Assembly: GCA_951406725.2 (NCBI GenBank)
Contig: OX597828.1
Span: 34,596,001 to 34,660,000 of the forward strand
Source: Octopus vulgaris
Taxonomy: Eukaryota
DNA length: 64,000 nucleotides
Direction of reading: 5' to 3'
Shown here: positions 10,924 through 26,080 of the stretch, piece after piece
How positions within the stretch are numbered: position 1 is the first letter of the stretch
How the letters are laid out: each line of letters starts with the position of its first letter
Made by a program: the position numbers and the translations under genes
The notes under the pieces: model-generated
The model's input: the letters and a program-made list of their open reading frames with translations, nothing else
Databases searched by the model: none
Told to the model about the DNA's origin: nothing

Positions 10924-11184
10924 CACACGCATACACGCGCGCATCATGTTACACTAACACGCGGTGCCAGATACAAGAATTTTCGACCCTAGTCAAATAT
11001 AACAAACTACTCTAAATCATTTCTAGAGTATTTGCAAAAGTGGAGTTTGAACTGGATTCCAGTCGTATTATTTGTAATATATGTGTATATGTGTGTGTAC
11101 GTGTCTATGTATGTATGTATGTATGTATTCATGTATGTATGTATGTATGTATGTATGTATGTATGTATTCATGTATGTATGTAT

Positions 11185-11537
11185 TTTTCTTTTTGTTTCA
11201 TTCGTTTCAGTCATTTGACTGCGGCCATGTTGGAGCACCACTTTAGACGAACAAATCAAACCCAGGACTTATTCCTTGTAGGTCTAGTACACATACTATC
11301 TGTCACTTTTGCCGAACCGCTAGTATACGGGGACGTAAACACACCAGCATCGGACGTGAAGCAATGATGAGGGGACAAACATAGACACAAATAACAAATA
11401 CATGCATATATATACACACATACACACGACGGGTTTCTTTCAGTTTCCGTCAACCAATCCGCTCACATGGCTTTGGTCAGCCCGAGGCTATAGTAGAAGA
11501 CACTTGCCCAGTGTGCCACACAGCCACTCCTGCGCCT
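11185..11537 (-). mobile_element. SINE family A (internal deletion in head)
   Basis: Reverse-complement match to 6098-6523. Confidence 0.85.
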
Positions 11538-11765
11538 TTATGTACGTACGTACGTATACCCTAGTTTCTGGCGTACCTGCGATGAAGTACATAGAGCAGA
11601 CATGTTGTGTTAGCATTCAGACATCGTCACTATTTTTCCAAATTCTGCTGCATTTCATACTGAAATTTTGGTCCGAGAAATTCCACTCTTATAATGGAAA
11701 ATACGTTTCAACTTGTTGCAATCATAGGTCAGAGGCCACGCTGAAGTACCATCCCAATTCGTGTC

Positions 11766-11814
<49 letters not shown>

Positions 11815-11818
<4 letters not shown>

Positions 11819-12024
11819 TACTCTAGGCACAAGGCGCGAAACTTGGGGATAGGGTCCAGTCGATTAGATCGACCCCAGTACACAACTGGTTCTTAATTTA
11901 TCGACTCTGGCAGGATAAAAGGCAAAGTCGATCTCGGCTAAATTTGAACTCAGAACTTAAAGACAGACGAAATATCGCTAAGCATTTCGCCCGGCGTGCT
12001 AACGTTTCTGCCAGCTCGCCGCCT
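11815..12024 (-). mobile_element. SINE family B
   Basis: Reverse complement of the GGCGGCGAGCTGGCAGAAACGTTAGC head and the Meta-like domain. Confidence 0.85.
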
Positions 12025-12500
12025 TCTGGTATTAAATTTTTAAAGTGTGGTATGTATTCTATCGAAAATCTTTCTCTGAACCGCTAGGTTACGCAGATGA
12101 AAGCAAATCAATCCTGGTTGTCAGGCGGTGGAGGAGACAACTTCAAAGGGCACACATACACATACCCATACACAAACCCATGTACAACAAGCTACCACAC
12201 AGTATCCGTTACCAAATAACCTCAAAAGGCGTTACTCCGCCCGAGCCTCTCGTAGGGAATATTTGTCCAAGGTATCACGATGCGGGAATGAACCCGAAAC
12301 CACGTAGTTGGAAAACGAGATGCTTAACTGCACAACCAGTCTTCATCTTTTTTTTTATTCTTTTATTTGTTTCTGTCAGTTGACTGCGGACTTACTGGAG
12401 CACCGCCTTTAGTTGAACGAATCAACCCCGAGGATTTACCCTTTGTAAGCTTAGTTCTTCGGTTGTCAAGTGATGGTGGGAGGTGACAAACAGACACACA

Positions 12501-12549
<49 letters not shown>

Positions 12550-12553
<4 letters not shown>

Positions 12554-12941
12554 TACTGTCGTTACTGTCCTGTTTTTTTACCATTTTTTTAACCATTTTT
12601 TACCCCTCTGCGAAAAGATCTCAGAATTTTAATTGATTTGCTTTTCACAGGAAGGAAAGTTTCTTGTCGAAGATACGTCTCGCTTTTATCCTTCGAAACG
12701 TAGAGTAGATGAAACCTTAGCGACTGAAGAAGGGTTTTTTTCGTTGTGTTAATTGTCCTGTACTCCATTTTTTGTTGTTTTTAAAAAATGTCCTGCTCCT
12801 TTGATTTGTGTCTATGTTTTCGTTTCTCTTTGTGTTCGACGTCCCTTTGGTGTCCTGTACTCATATATGCGTGTATATGTACATGTAGAGGTAGGTACGT
12901 ACATATATGTTTATATATATGCATATGTTTTATTTCATTTA

Positions 12942-12945
<4 letters not shown>
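12550..12945 (+). repeat. Dispersed (TA)n-flanked pLTR-like repeat (second copy at about 50648-51000)
   Basis: Shared GGAAGGA...TTCGAAACG(T/C)AGAGTAGAT(G/A)AAAC and TGTCCTGTAC(T/C)CATATATGC segments. Confidence 0.6.
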
Positions 12946-12992
<47 letters not shown>

Positions 12993-13013
12993 AGATGTGG
13001 AACACGAGTTGTG

Positions 13014-13285
13014 ATATATAAAAAAGGAAATGAAGAAAATGCTGACAAAATATTTTAAGTAATTTAAGTAATTTAATTAGGTGAGAGTTCTTTTTACCGG
13101 TTGCGCATTTGTTATGCTTATCAAAAAGAGAGATAGAGTTCCTTTCTGATAGATTTTTTCCTCTTAGAACTCTATCTCTCTTTTTGATAAGCATAACAAA
13201 TGCGCAACCGGTAAAAAGAACTTTCACCTAATTAAATTACTTAAATTATTTTGTCAGCATTTTCTTCATTTCCTTTTATATATAT
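13014..13285. repeat. Near-perfect ~120-bp-arm inverted repeat carrying a hammerhead-like motif in each arm
   Basis: Arms 13014-13141 and 13167-13285 with a 25-nt spacer. TCTTT-TTGATAA-GCAT aacaa ATGC-GCAA-C cg GTA-AAAAGA occurs at 13179-13219 (+) and 13089-13129 (-). Confidence 0.85.
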
Positions 13286-14020
13286 ATATATATATATATA
13301 CGACGCTCTTCTTTCAAATTCCGTCTACCAAATCCACTCACATGGCTTTCGTCACCCCGAGGCTATAGAGAACGGCGCTTGTCCAAGATGAAAGCAGTGG
13401 CACTGAACTCAGAACCATGTGGTCGGTAAGCAAGCTACTTACCACACAGCTACACCCTAGTATATATAGTCAATAAAGTGCTTTATGTCTACTTCAAATT
13501 TCTGTAATTCTCGTCTATCACGCACACACACGAATTCACACGCACGAACACACACACACATTCATATATATATACATATATATTACATACGCCGTGCAAA
13601 ATGCTTAGCGGTGTTTTGTCTGTTTTTTCCGTTCTGAGTTCAAATTCCACCGGGTGTCGAATTTGCCTTTCATCCTTTCGGGGTCAATAGAATAAACACT
13701 AGTTGAACACTGGAATCACGGTAACCACTTCCTCTATCCCCCGAAAACTGTTGGCCCTGTGCCCAAATTTGAAACCATAATGTATGTATGTATGTATGTA
13801 TGTATGTATGTATGTATGTATGTATGTATGTATGTATGTATGTATGTATGTGTGTATGTATATATATGTGCATGTGTGTGTAAGTGTGTGTGTGTTCGTT
13901 TAATTATCTATTTAAAAAAAAGAAAGGAAAGAAAAATGGAGAGCTGACTTCTATCGAATTCTGATCGATGTCATTTATTTTTAATTATTTCCTAAACATT
14001 TAATGTTTTCATAGTATTGA

Positions 14021-14067
<47 letters not shown>

Positions 14068-14238
14068 GTGGTTGTGGACGTGTTTATGTGTGTTTGGTGC
14101 ACTTATGCGTGCATCTTCGTGTGTAGATATGTTTGTAAAAAACGTGTGAAATGTGTGTGGGTGTATGATTGTGTTGCTGAATGCAAGCATCATGTGATTT
14201 TGTGTTTACGTGTTTGTATGCTTATGTGTACGTGTACA

Positions 14239-14239
<1 letters not shown>

Positions 14240-14335
<96 letters not shown>

Positions 14336-14348
14336 ATCTATTTATCTA

Positions 14349-14379
<31 letters not shown>

Positions 14380-14472
14380 GTCTATCTGTCATCTATCTAT
14401 ATATCTGTCTGTCTATCTGCCTGTCTGTCTGTCTGTTTGTCTGTCTCCTTATCTACCTATCTGTCTGTCTGC

Positions 14473-14550
<78 letters not shown>

Positions 14551-14609
14551 CTATCTATCTATCTATCTGTCTGTCTATCTATATGTCTATCTATCTATCT
14601 ATCTGTCTG

Positions 14610-14696
<87 letters not shown>

Positions 14697-14765
14697 GTCT
14701 GTCTATCTATCTATTTATCTGTCTATCTATCTACCTACCTACCTATCTATCAATCTATCTATCTG
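14240..14765. repeat. (ATCT)n/(GTCT)n tetranucleotide array
   Basis: Seen directly; similar arrays at 47640-48140 and 49272-49395. Confidence 0.95.
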
Positions 14766-14776
14766 TTTGTCGGCTG

Positions 14777-14815
<39 letters not shown>

Positions 14816-15048
14816 GAACACACACGCACACACGCACGCATGCACGTCGTTTGTAAATATAAATGTACGCGTGCGTATGTGTTTTTGTGTGTATGTTTTC
14901 GTTAGATGTGTTCGTCAGTTTGCGTGCCTTTTTTGGTCCGGCGGAGATGAATTCAGATAAAACTGTCCGCCGAGGAAACATCTTAGTGCTTATTACTAGT
15001 TCGATCGACAACTTAAAAGCCAAATATACAAAACACGTGACAAAAATA

Positions 15049-15094
<46 letters not shown>

Positions 15095-16849
15095 TACACA
15101 TGACAATACACACACATGTACGCACACACACACACGCACACTGTCACACAGCGTTGTAATCTTTTGTTTGCCTCGAAGGCAATGGATGGGAACATTTTAT
15201 GAAGGCAAATTACTAAATGGTATGTTTGAACACAACACGCACACAGACACACACATGCAAGCATTATAGATATGTGTGTATGAGTATGTAAAATTATGGA
15301 AAACGAGCGTGTGAAAAATTAGAAAAGTAACGATAAAAATATATAAAGATTAACAAGAAGCCACGCCCTGCTACAAAAATAGAATAAAACGGAATAAGAG
15401 TTTAATGTTTGGATTGTCTTGGACATAAAATCTCTCTGATAGTATCGTGATTCGGCATTAAGAAATTCCAATATGTAGCAATTACCAGCGCTGAATACTA
15501 ATTGATGGATAAATACTGCAACACAAATAAAACCATTGCGATATTGCCTTTCAAAATGGTGGTCGCTTGAATAGCAGAATTGTCAACTTTAGTTCGTTTT
15601 AATGATTTCTTACATTGGCACAAGATCAAACCAATATATTTTTTTTTCCCATTCCATTTTACTTTATTTTATTCTTCTATGAAAACGGTTGTTGTTTATT
15701 AAACGATTGCTGTACATGCCTGCTACATATGTTATCATATGCCAGACGCTTATTATCATTATTTAATTATTTTTTTAAAAGTCTATTGCGTGATTGAATA
15801 GTATGGTAGTGATAATAGTTCTGGTAGTGATGCTGATTCGGGATGAACGATCCTTTTTCTTTGATGGGTTCTACGAAGCTCAAGTAAAAACCTACATTAC
15901 ATACTAATGACAAACGTCTCTGAGTTCAAATTCTGCCGAGGTCGACTTTGCCTTTCATCCTTTCGGGGTCGATAAACTAAGTACCAGTTGCGTACTGGGT
16001 CGATCTAATCGACTGCACCCTGTGCCTAGAGTAGAAAAGAATACCACGATTAATTTCGTTTCAAGTTATACTTTATCGATATGGATTGGCGTTTACAATG
16101 CAGCAAGCTAGCAGAATCGTTAACACGCCGGGCAAAAAACTCAGCGGCATTTCGTTCTGGGTTCTGGGTTCAAATTCCGCCGAGGTCGACTTTGCCTTTC
16201 ATCCTTTCGGGGTCAATAAAATAAGTACGAATTGATCATTATGGTCGATGTTATCGACTTAACCCATCCCCCATAATTCCTAGCCTTGTGTCAAAATTTG
16301 AAACCGAAATGGATAAGTGTTTACATTTGACTTTGCTGCTGATGCTCTCAGTTCTCCTACCTGTTGAAGAGAACTGACTAAGGGTAACTTAGTCAGTTAT
16401 CCATACCTGACTAAGGGTAACTTTGAGCTAAAAAGGCAGACGATCTCTCAAAAGTTTGATATCGATATTAACAAGTGTAATGTAATTAATGCATGTAAAC
16501 ACACAGTACACACAACGCCATATGTGGTCGTGCAGTGAACTAGATTGGTGGCCACGGGTATTTCTGGTTCCCCTTCCAGATTTATCTGGATTAAAGGTGG
16601 TACCAGATCATCAGCTGCCGGAACACCGGTGGTATATCTGTACATAAAACTGCATTTACCAGAAAGGTATGAAGATTACAGAACAGAGTAGAATACAATT
16701 TTCTTTCTTTCTCTGATATCAGTCACTTAAGTGCAGCAATGTTGGAAACACAGCTTTCAATGGTTTTTATAATCGATCATATCGACCCCCAATAGTTGTA
16801 TCAGACTGATACTTATTTTATCGATCTCTGTTTATGGAATGGCGTAGTT

Positions 16850-17205
16850 AGCTTTTCATGTGCTGCTACTATTTTGCATCTAGTGAGAAGCTTCACGACT
16901 AATTATCACGAACTCACAAATACGTTCGACCCGTTCTTCTCCACCATCCGCTGCACGTGCTGTCTCATCTCTTTACATTTTCTAACAATGCTATTTGCTC
17001 CGCGGCTCTATCTGGTTTTGTTTCACAACCAGCCAGGCATCTGTTTTCCTTCTCATTACGAATGTTCTGTCTGCCTTCTCGAGCATCGAATTATCCGCTA
17101 TAGTCAGTTCTCCTTCGAGAGAATCTCTATTCTCTGGAAATCTCTCCCTGCATATGTCTTTCTTGCAATCTCAAGCGGAACCTTAACCACATCAGTCTCA
17201 CCAAT
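16850..17205 (+). mobile_element. Degraded CR1/L2-like LINE 3' remnant
   Basis: Pyrimidine-rich segment with ...QFSFERISILWKSLPAYVF..., resembling the SFFPRTSRLWNSLP..VFP tail motif. Confidence 0.5.
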
Positions 17206-17547
17206 CACGGAAAGCATACAAAGGCCAAGAGACATGCCTTCAGGGTTCACTGATTATAATTTAGACACAAGGTCAGAAATTTTGTCGGGAAGGATTGAGT
17301 ATGACTTTTGAAGTTTATTTATGGCTTTATATATATATATGCTTCAAGCTTCAATGTTCCGAAATAGAATTATTTCACGTTCATCCCGAAGTAATGTATA
17401 CATACGTGTGTATATATACGTGTGTATACATACGTGCTGGGGTAAAACAATTCAATGCGATTATGTAGCACTCATGCATTTCAAGCATTATTCACGAGTG
17501 CGAATTGAAACGACGTTACTTGGGAAAGGAAACTACGTTGTGTGAAA

Positions 17548-17945
17548 GGCAGCGTGCTGGCAGAAACGTTAGCGCACCGGGCGAAATGCCTAGCGGTATT
17601 TCGTCTGCCGTTACGTTCTGAGTTCAAATTCCGCCGAGGTCGACTTTGCCTTTCATCCTTTCGGGGTCGATAAATTAAGTACCAGTTACGCACGGGGGTC
17701 GAGATAATTGACTTAATCCGTTTGTCTGTTCTTGTTTGTCCCATCTGTGTTTAGCCCCTTGTGGGTACTAAAGAAATAGGTATTTCGTCTATCTTTACGT
17801 TTTGAGTTCAAATCCCACCGAGGTCGACTTTGCCTTTCATCCTTTCGGGGTCGGTAAATTAAATACCAGTTGCGTACTGGGTCGATGTAAGCGACTGGTC
17901 TCCTCTCTCAAAGTTTCGCGCCTTATGTCTAGAATAGAAAAGAAC
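17548..17945 (+). mobile_element. SINE family B, two tandem copies
   Basis: Two successive GAGTTCAAAT..CCGAGGTCGACTTTGCCTTTCATCCTTTCGGGGTCG units. Confidence 0.85.
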
Positions 17946-18661
17946 TGTGTTGTGTGGGCTCTTTTTCACGGAGTAAACAAACGTAGAAATAATTTACACA
18001 ACGAATATTTACACTCTTGTTACGTGAACGATAATGTGCTAAACGACAGGTGCGAAAAAGGACCTGAAAATTGGTAAGAAATTCCCAGTAGTACGTGACT
18101 GGTACTTTATCATATCTAACTCAAAAGGCTGCTATGGAAAATTGATCTCAGTAAGATTTTGAACTCCGGTTGTAAAGGACCATATAAATACCGTTTGGCA
18201 ATTTTTCCACTGCTCTGCCAACACTGTGACCGAGGGATTAAATACCGTATTCTAATCTTGGTTGAAGTTCTCGATTTCTTCGTGTCTGTAATGTAGGAAT
18301 TGATTATTTCCGATTGTATCGACTCAAAATTTAACTGGAACTTAGTTTGTCGATCTACGATTGATGAAAGATGAACCTGACTTGAACTCAGAAATAGATG
18401 GGACGTCACTAAATACTACAAGGACTTTTATCCTCTGCTGCCATCCACTGACGTCACAATGCTTAGATATTATCCTTGTTCCTTTTATTCAATTCCAAAC
18501 ATCATACTTTCATTCTTCTTTACATTTATTGTTCTTGTGCTTGTTTAGCTCCACATTATTCCTGGTCAAACATACTTATGATCAAGTGTGTTCCAGCAAT
18601 GGCCATCCCATCGTACTTGTTTGAATTTTCTTGTATTATTAGCTCTATTTTTCTATAGTGG

Positions 18662-18971
18662 AGTTGTTGTTTGTTCCTTCTCGAGCCATCCCTGGCTCAT
18701 TAGAGCCGGTTTCCCGGTTTTATTGGCGTATAGGTTCCCCACCTGGACGGGACGTCGGTCCGTCGCAGGCGAGCTGCAAGATGCAGGAGGAAAGAGTGAG
18801 AGAAAGTTGTGGCGAAAGAGTCAGCAGAAGTTCGCCATTACCTTCTGCCGGAGCCACGTGGAGCTTAGGTGTTTCGCTCATAAACACACACATCGCCCGG
18901 TTTGAGATTCGAACCCGCTAATCCCTCGACCGCGAGTCTGCTGCTCTAACCACTAGGTCATGTGCTTCCAC
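18662..18971 (-). mobile_element. tRNA-derived SINE, here called family C (V-domain-like)
   Basis: Head CCTAGTGGTTAGAGCAGC..GGTTCGAATC and central CTGCGACGGACCGACGTCCCGTCCAGG. Homologues at 21838-22140 and 44007-44315. Confidence 0.8.
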
Positions 18972-19411
18972 CTATAGTGAAGTAAGTGTGCGATTTATGA
19001 GAGATTTAACTCCTATTTCTTGCTGGTCAAATGACCACAGAGGTGTTCACTTGTTTAGAAGTAAAATTATGCAGTTCACTTGTTGGCCCTTATTGGCTTT
19101 TATCGCCTTTAATGCTTGGTTAGAAATGAATAAAACAAAAACAAAAAAAAATGGTCTACGAATAACACAATGCTACCTAGCGAATAATCAGAACTGAAGA
19201 AAGAATTAGATGAAAGAATGTCGCCATCTTAACAATGCATTCATTGGTGATATTGTATAAGTTTGATTTTAGTAAGGAATTTGTTTGAATTTCTCCATTA
19301 CTGACTATTGATAATCAATGCCATTCTCAGGGATTTCTTGAAGATCCTTTACTGAAAATCCCTTAAAAAAATTATACACGCACACACACACACACATACA
19401 CATATATGTAT

Positions 19412-19850
<439 letters not shown>

Positions 19851-20339
19851 TTACTGTATCAAAATCCCAGTATCTGTTGACTATAGTTTCTTTCATTCTT
19901 CAAATAAAAGATTTAATTTGTTTACTTATTTATGGATTCAGATGAGCTGAGGTCACCGTAATCTATTTAGCATCCTGCATCTTTTTACCGTACTTATGAT
20001 GAAAACAAATATAACTTTGAATGTGTTCTGTTTTCTTATTTCATTATCATTTTCTGTCTCTGCTGAGAGAGATTGATATCGCTTTTTACGTTGCCCATAG
20101 TGACTTCCATGTCAGATTGTTTGTGCATCTAACACTCTTCAATTGCTAGTTTCTCTCCCTCTTTCTCTCCCTCTCACTCTCTCTCTTTCTTTCTCTCTCT
20201 CTCTTTCTCTCTGTATGTGTGTGTATGTACTTGTGTGAATATATGTGTGCGTATGTATGTGTGTATATAACTGTATGTATTCTAATCAGTCCTCCATGCA
20301 CTACAGTAACCGACCCTTTCAATAAAGATCAGTTTATCA

Positions 20340-20425
<86 letters not shown>

Positions 20426-20454
20426 ATGTATATATGTATGTATGTATATTAATT

Positions 20455-20838
20455 TTCTTTTACTTGTTTCAGTTATTTTGACTGCGGCCATGCAGGTGCA
20501 CCGCCTTTTAGTCGAAAAAATCGACCCCAGGACTTATTCTTTGTCGAACTGGTACTTATTCTATCGGTTTCATTTGCCGAACCGCTACGTTACGGGAACG
20601 TAAACACACCAACATCGGTTGTTAAACGATGGTGGGAGGGACTCATACACACACACACACACATACACATATACGATAGGCTTATTTCAGTTTCCCTCTA
20701 TGAAATCCACTCACAAGGCTTTGGTCGGCCCGAAGCCATAGTAGAAGACAGTTGCCCAAGGTGCCACGCAGTGGGACTGAAACCGAAACCATGTGGTTGG
20801 GAAGCAAGCTTCTTACCACACAGCCAGCACTGCGCCTA
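20455..20838 (-). mobile_element. SINE family A
   Basis: Reverse-complement match to 6098-6523. Confidence 0.85.
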
Positions 20839-20915
20839 CGTTATTCAAAATGATTTCCATCAAATTGTTTGTGTATCCAAAGCTCTTCAAATGCTAGTTA
20901 GTCTCGCTCTCTCTA

Positions 20916-20919
<4 letters not shown>

Positions 20920-20999
<80 letters not shown>

Positions 21000-21373
21000 T
21001 ATACATATACATATATGCATATACATATATATACATATATATACATATATATATACATATATATACATATATATTCACATATATATACATATATATATAC
21101 ATACATATATATATATACCTATATATATGCACATATATACATATACGTATACATGTATATACATACATTTATATACATATATATATACATATATATACAT
21201 ATATATATATACATATATATATATATACCTATATATATACACATATATACATATACATATATACACATATATACATATACATATACATATATATATACAC
21301 ATATATACATATATATATATACATACATGCACATACCCACACACAGAGACATACACATACACATATGTATGTA

Positions 21374-21442
<69 letters not shown>
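20920..21442. repeat. (TA)n/(TACA)n low-complexity array
   Basis: Seen directly in the sequence. Confidence 0.95.
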
Positions 21443-21444
<2 letters not shown>

Positions 21445-21837
21445 ATTTATCAACAAACATTGTTCGACAACATTGTGATTCAATCAATCGATCTTTCATT
21501 ATATCCATCTCTCACACGTAGACATGATAAACAAAATCAATTACTTTTCTCAACAGGTTTGTAATCAGATATGTTCATCAATAACTCGGGATCACGATAC
21601 GGAAATCCTTGCTACATTCATAGACTCGGCGGCAGAAATACCTGACATAAATTCGACAGTGTAGCTTGGGAAACCTTTGGATTTAAGAAAACAACAAATT
21701 ACCATTGGAGATACACATACATACACACACACAAAGAAAGAAAGAAAGAAAGAAAGAAAGAGATAGTGAGAGCACGTGTGTGTGTGTAAGAAAGTCAGCC
21801 AGAGAAAGAGAGAAAGCAAATATTAGTTCGTAAAGTT

Positions 21838-22140
21838 CGGGATGCACATGGCCTAGTGGTTAGAGCAGCGGACTCGCAGTCGTGGGATCGAGGGTTCGAA
21901 TCTCAGACTGGGCAGAGTGCGTGTTTATGAGCGAAACGCCTTAGCTCCACGTGGCTCCGGCAGAAAGTAATGGCGAACTTCTTCTGACTCTGCCACCACA
22001 ACTTTCACTCACTCTTTCCTCCTGCATCTAGCAGTTCACCTGCGACGGACCGGCGTCCGGTCCAGGTGGGGAACCTATACGCCAATGAAACCGGGAAACC
22101 TTATATGGGTCAGGCATGGCTCGAGAAGGAACAAACAAAC
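21838..22140 (+). mobile_element. SINE family C
   Basis: TGGCCTAGTGGTTAGAGCAGCGGACTCGC...GGTTCGAATCTC head. Confidence 0.82.
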
Positions 22141-23044
22141 AGCAAAGTTGTCCAGAAAGAGTCACTCAGTTAAATTCTGAAAATAATCATTAAACCATGT
22201 CTAATCAATCTTATTGGAAATTCTGTCCCCCCCGTTGAGCTGGCAGAATCGTTTGTGTGCCGGACAAAATGCTTTGCGACCTTTCTTCTTGCTCTTTGCG
22301 TTCTGAGATCAAATCACGCTGAGGTCAACTTTACCTGCTTTTCATCCCTTCGGCGCCGATGACATAAAAGTACCACTCAAATACAGGGGTCGAAGTCTGC
22401 AAAATTACTGGCCTTGACGTCTGCAACGGAACCGCGACCGCTTCTGTGGGAATGTTATGATCTCGACCACCTGCACACCATAGAAACTAGTCTGAGATGA
22501 AGAACAATATGACTGATGCGGTTAGAAGAGAGCAGCGTGAAATGTGGCTTGAATCGCAGTGGGACTGAACCTGAAACCACTTGATTTTAAAGCCAGCTTC
22601 ATAACCGCAAAGCCATGCCAACACTTATGAAATAAACGAAGTTCGACGATGAAGTTTCCCTCACTGTTTTTTTCTGATCCGTGTAATTTTATTTTTTATG
22701 TCGAATATCTACCAGCTTGCAGAATGATGGAAAAAATAGCCAGAGAATGCAGAGAGCTTGCATTACATGTAAAGTATATGGTTCTATCAAACCATATTTT
22801 ATTTTTATTTCAAGTGTTATATGGGCATTCAAGCAGCACTCGTCCATCAGTTGCTTCGCCATAGATATTAGTACGAGAGGACTGTACGTGTAATGGACGT
22901 AGAGTCTTCTTTTAACAAAATAATTGAGAAACGCAGGATAGAAAGAACTCAAGTAAAATAAAACATCAGAACGTCCAAAACAAAACAAAAATAAAATAAT
23001 ACGATATGAAAATAAACCAGAGAAGCAACTGAAGTAACAACAAC

Positions 23045-23077
<33 letters not shown>

Positions 23078-23175
23078 CTGCAAAAGCAACAGCAACAACA
23101 GGAGGAACGCGGACAGCCATAACTGTATAGGAACAGAATGAAACAAACAGGAAACAAAAAAAAAGATGTTGGACA

Positions 23176-23215
23176 TGCGCAGGCGCAGCTAATCACAGGA
23201 GGGTTTTTACACGTG
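23176..23215. promoter_or_regulatory. Candidate regulatory element: NRF1/EWG-type site plus E-box
   Basis: TGCGCAGGCGCA at 23176-23187 and CACGTG at 23210-23215 in non-repetitive sequence. Confidence 0.35.
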
Positions 23216-23541
23216 ATCCACTGATCCTTTGTGTGCAATTACTGAATAGGAAACAAGGCTTCTTTTTTTTTCTTAAACCATCGGATTCACTCAATTAACG
23301 TCTCCCTTTCTTTTTTTTTATTTCCTACCTTTCCTCTTCATCCTTCATCCTCCATCATACCTAACATTTTTTATTTTATGTTCGCCATGTTTGTCTAACT
23401 CCCTGGTATTATTTTCCTTTTATAATCTGATCTCTTTTCGCTTCTGTTGTATTTTGTTCTATTTCTTCCCTTTTTTTTTTTTTTTTCATTTTTCGTTCAT
23501 CTATCTGAAATTTTCGCCATCACTTTACCCCATCGCTATGT

Positions 23542-23652
23542 TCATCATCGTCATCACCATCACCATCATCATCATCATCATCATTATCATCATCATCTTC
23601 GTTAAAGTCGTCATCGTCGTCATCGATATCATCATCGTCATCATCGTCGTCG

Positions 23653-23694
<42 letters not shown>

Positions 23695-23735
23695 GCGTCA
23701 TCATCTTCCTCATCATCATCCTCATTATCTTCATC

Positions 23736-23774
<39 letters not shown>

Positions 23775-23850
23775 GTAATCGGCATCGGCATCATCATCAT
23801 CATCGTCATCGTCGTCATCGTCATCATCATCGTCATCATCATCGTCGTCG

Positions 23851-23912
<62 letters not shown>

Positions 23913-24066
23913 GTCATCATCATCATCATCATCATCGTCATCATCTTCCTCATCATCATCCTCATTATCTTCATCTTCATCATCATCATCATCATCATCA
24001 TCGTCATCGTCGTCATCGTCATCGTCATCGGCATCATCATCATCATCATCATCATCATTGTCATTA
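23542..24066. repeat. (CAT)n/(CGT)n array with internal ~240-bp duplication
   Basis: The variant block CATCTTCCTCATCATCATCCTCATTATCTTCATCTTC occurs at about 23702 and about 23942. Confidence 0.9.
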
Positions 24067-24133
24067 TCAACCTATTGGTTAAATAATGAGTCGCATGATG
24101 CATGTACGTAGTATACGTGTGTGTGCGTGTGTA

Positions 24134-24170
<37 letters not shown>

Positions 24171-24396
24171 ATGTGTTCTCTGCACGTATGGATTGGAATT
24201 GAAATTAGAGAGGGAGAAGGAAGAGAGAAAACGAAAGAAAAAAAGAAAGAAAGAAGAGAGGGTAAGAAAGAGGAAGGGAGAGTAAGAGAAAGGGGGAAAG
24301 AGAGAGAGGAAGAAAGGCAATATGAACGAGTGAATGTGTCACAAATAGATAAAGTGAACGTAACACAACAAAAGCGAAATAAGAGAAAGCGAGAGA

Positions 24397-24462
<66 letters not shown>

Positions 24463-24584
24463 GAGAGGGTTGATAGAGAGAGGATTAAAGTTTTTGTTCT
24501 TTATCAGTTAAACTTGTCAGAATGGGAATATTATATTTTTCGCTATAGATTTTTTTTTCATTTGTTTCAAACTTGGAAGCGTGT

Positions 24585-25152
<568 letters not shown>

Positions 25153-25159
25153 GCGTATA

Positions 25160-26080
<921 letters not shown>

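Noticed and set aside
21557-21664. Good splice acceptor followed by a 35-codon open frame
   Set aside because: No recognisable protein or upstream exon; unsupported without RNA data.
21838-21915. tRNA gene-like sequence (also at 44010 and 52368)
   Set aside because: A and B boxes are present but there is no acceptor stem, and the sequence continues into a SINE body.
22459-22500. GAAACTAGTC identical to the 3' half of the 6.8-kb hammerhead
   Set aside because: No core or stem II lies upstream.
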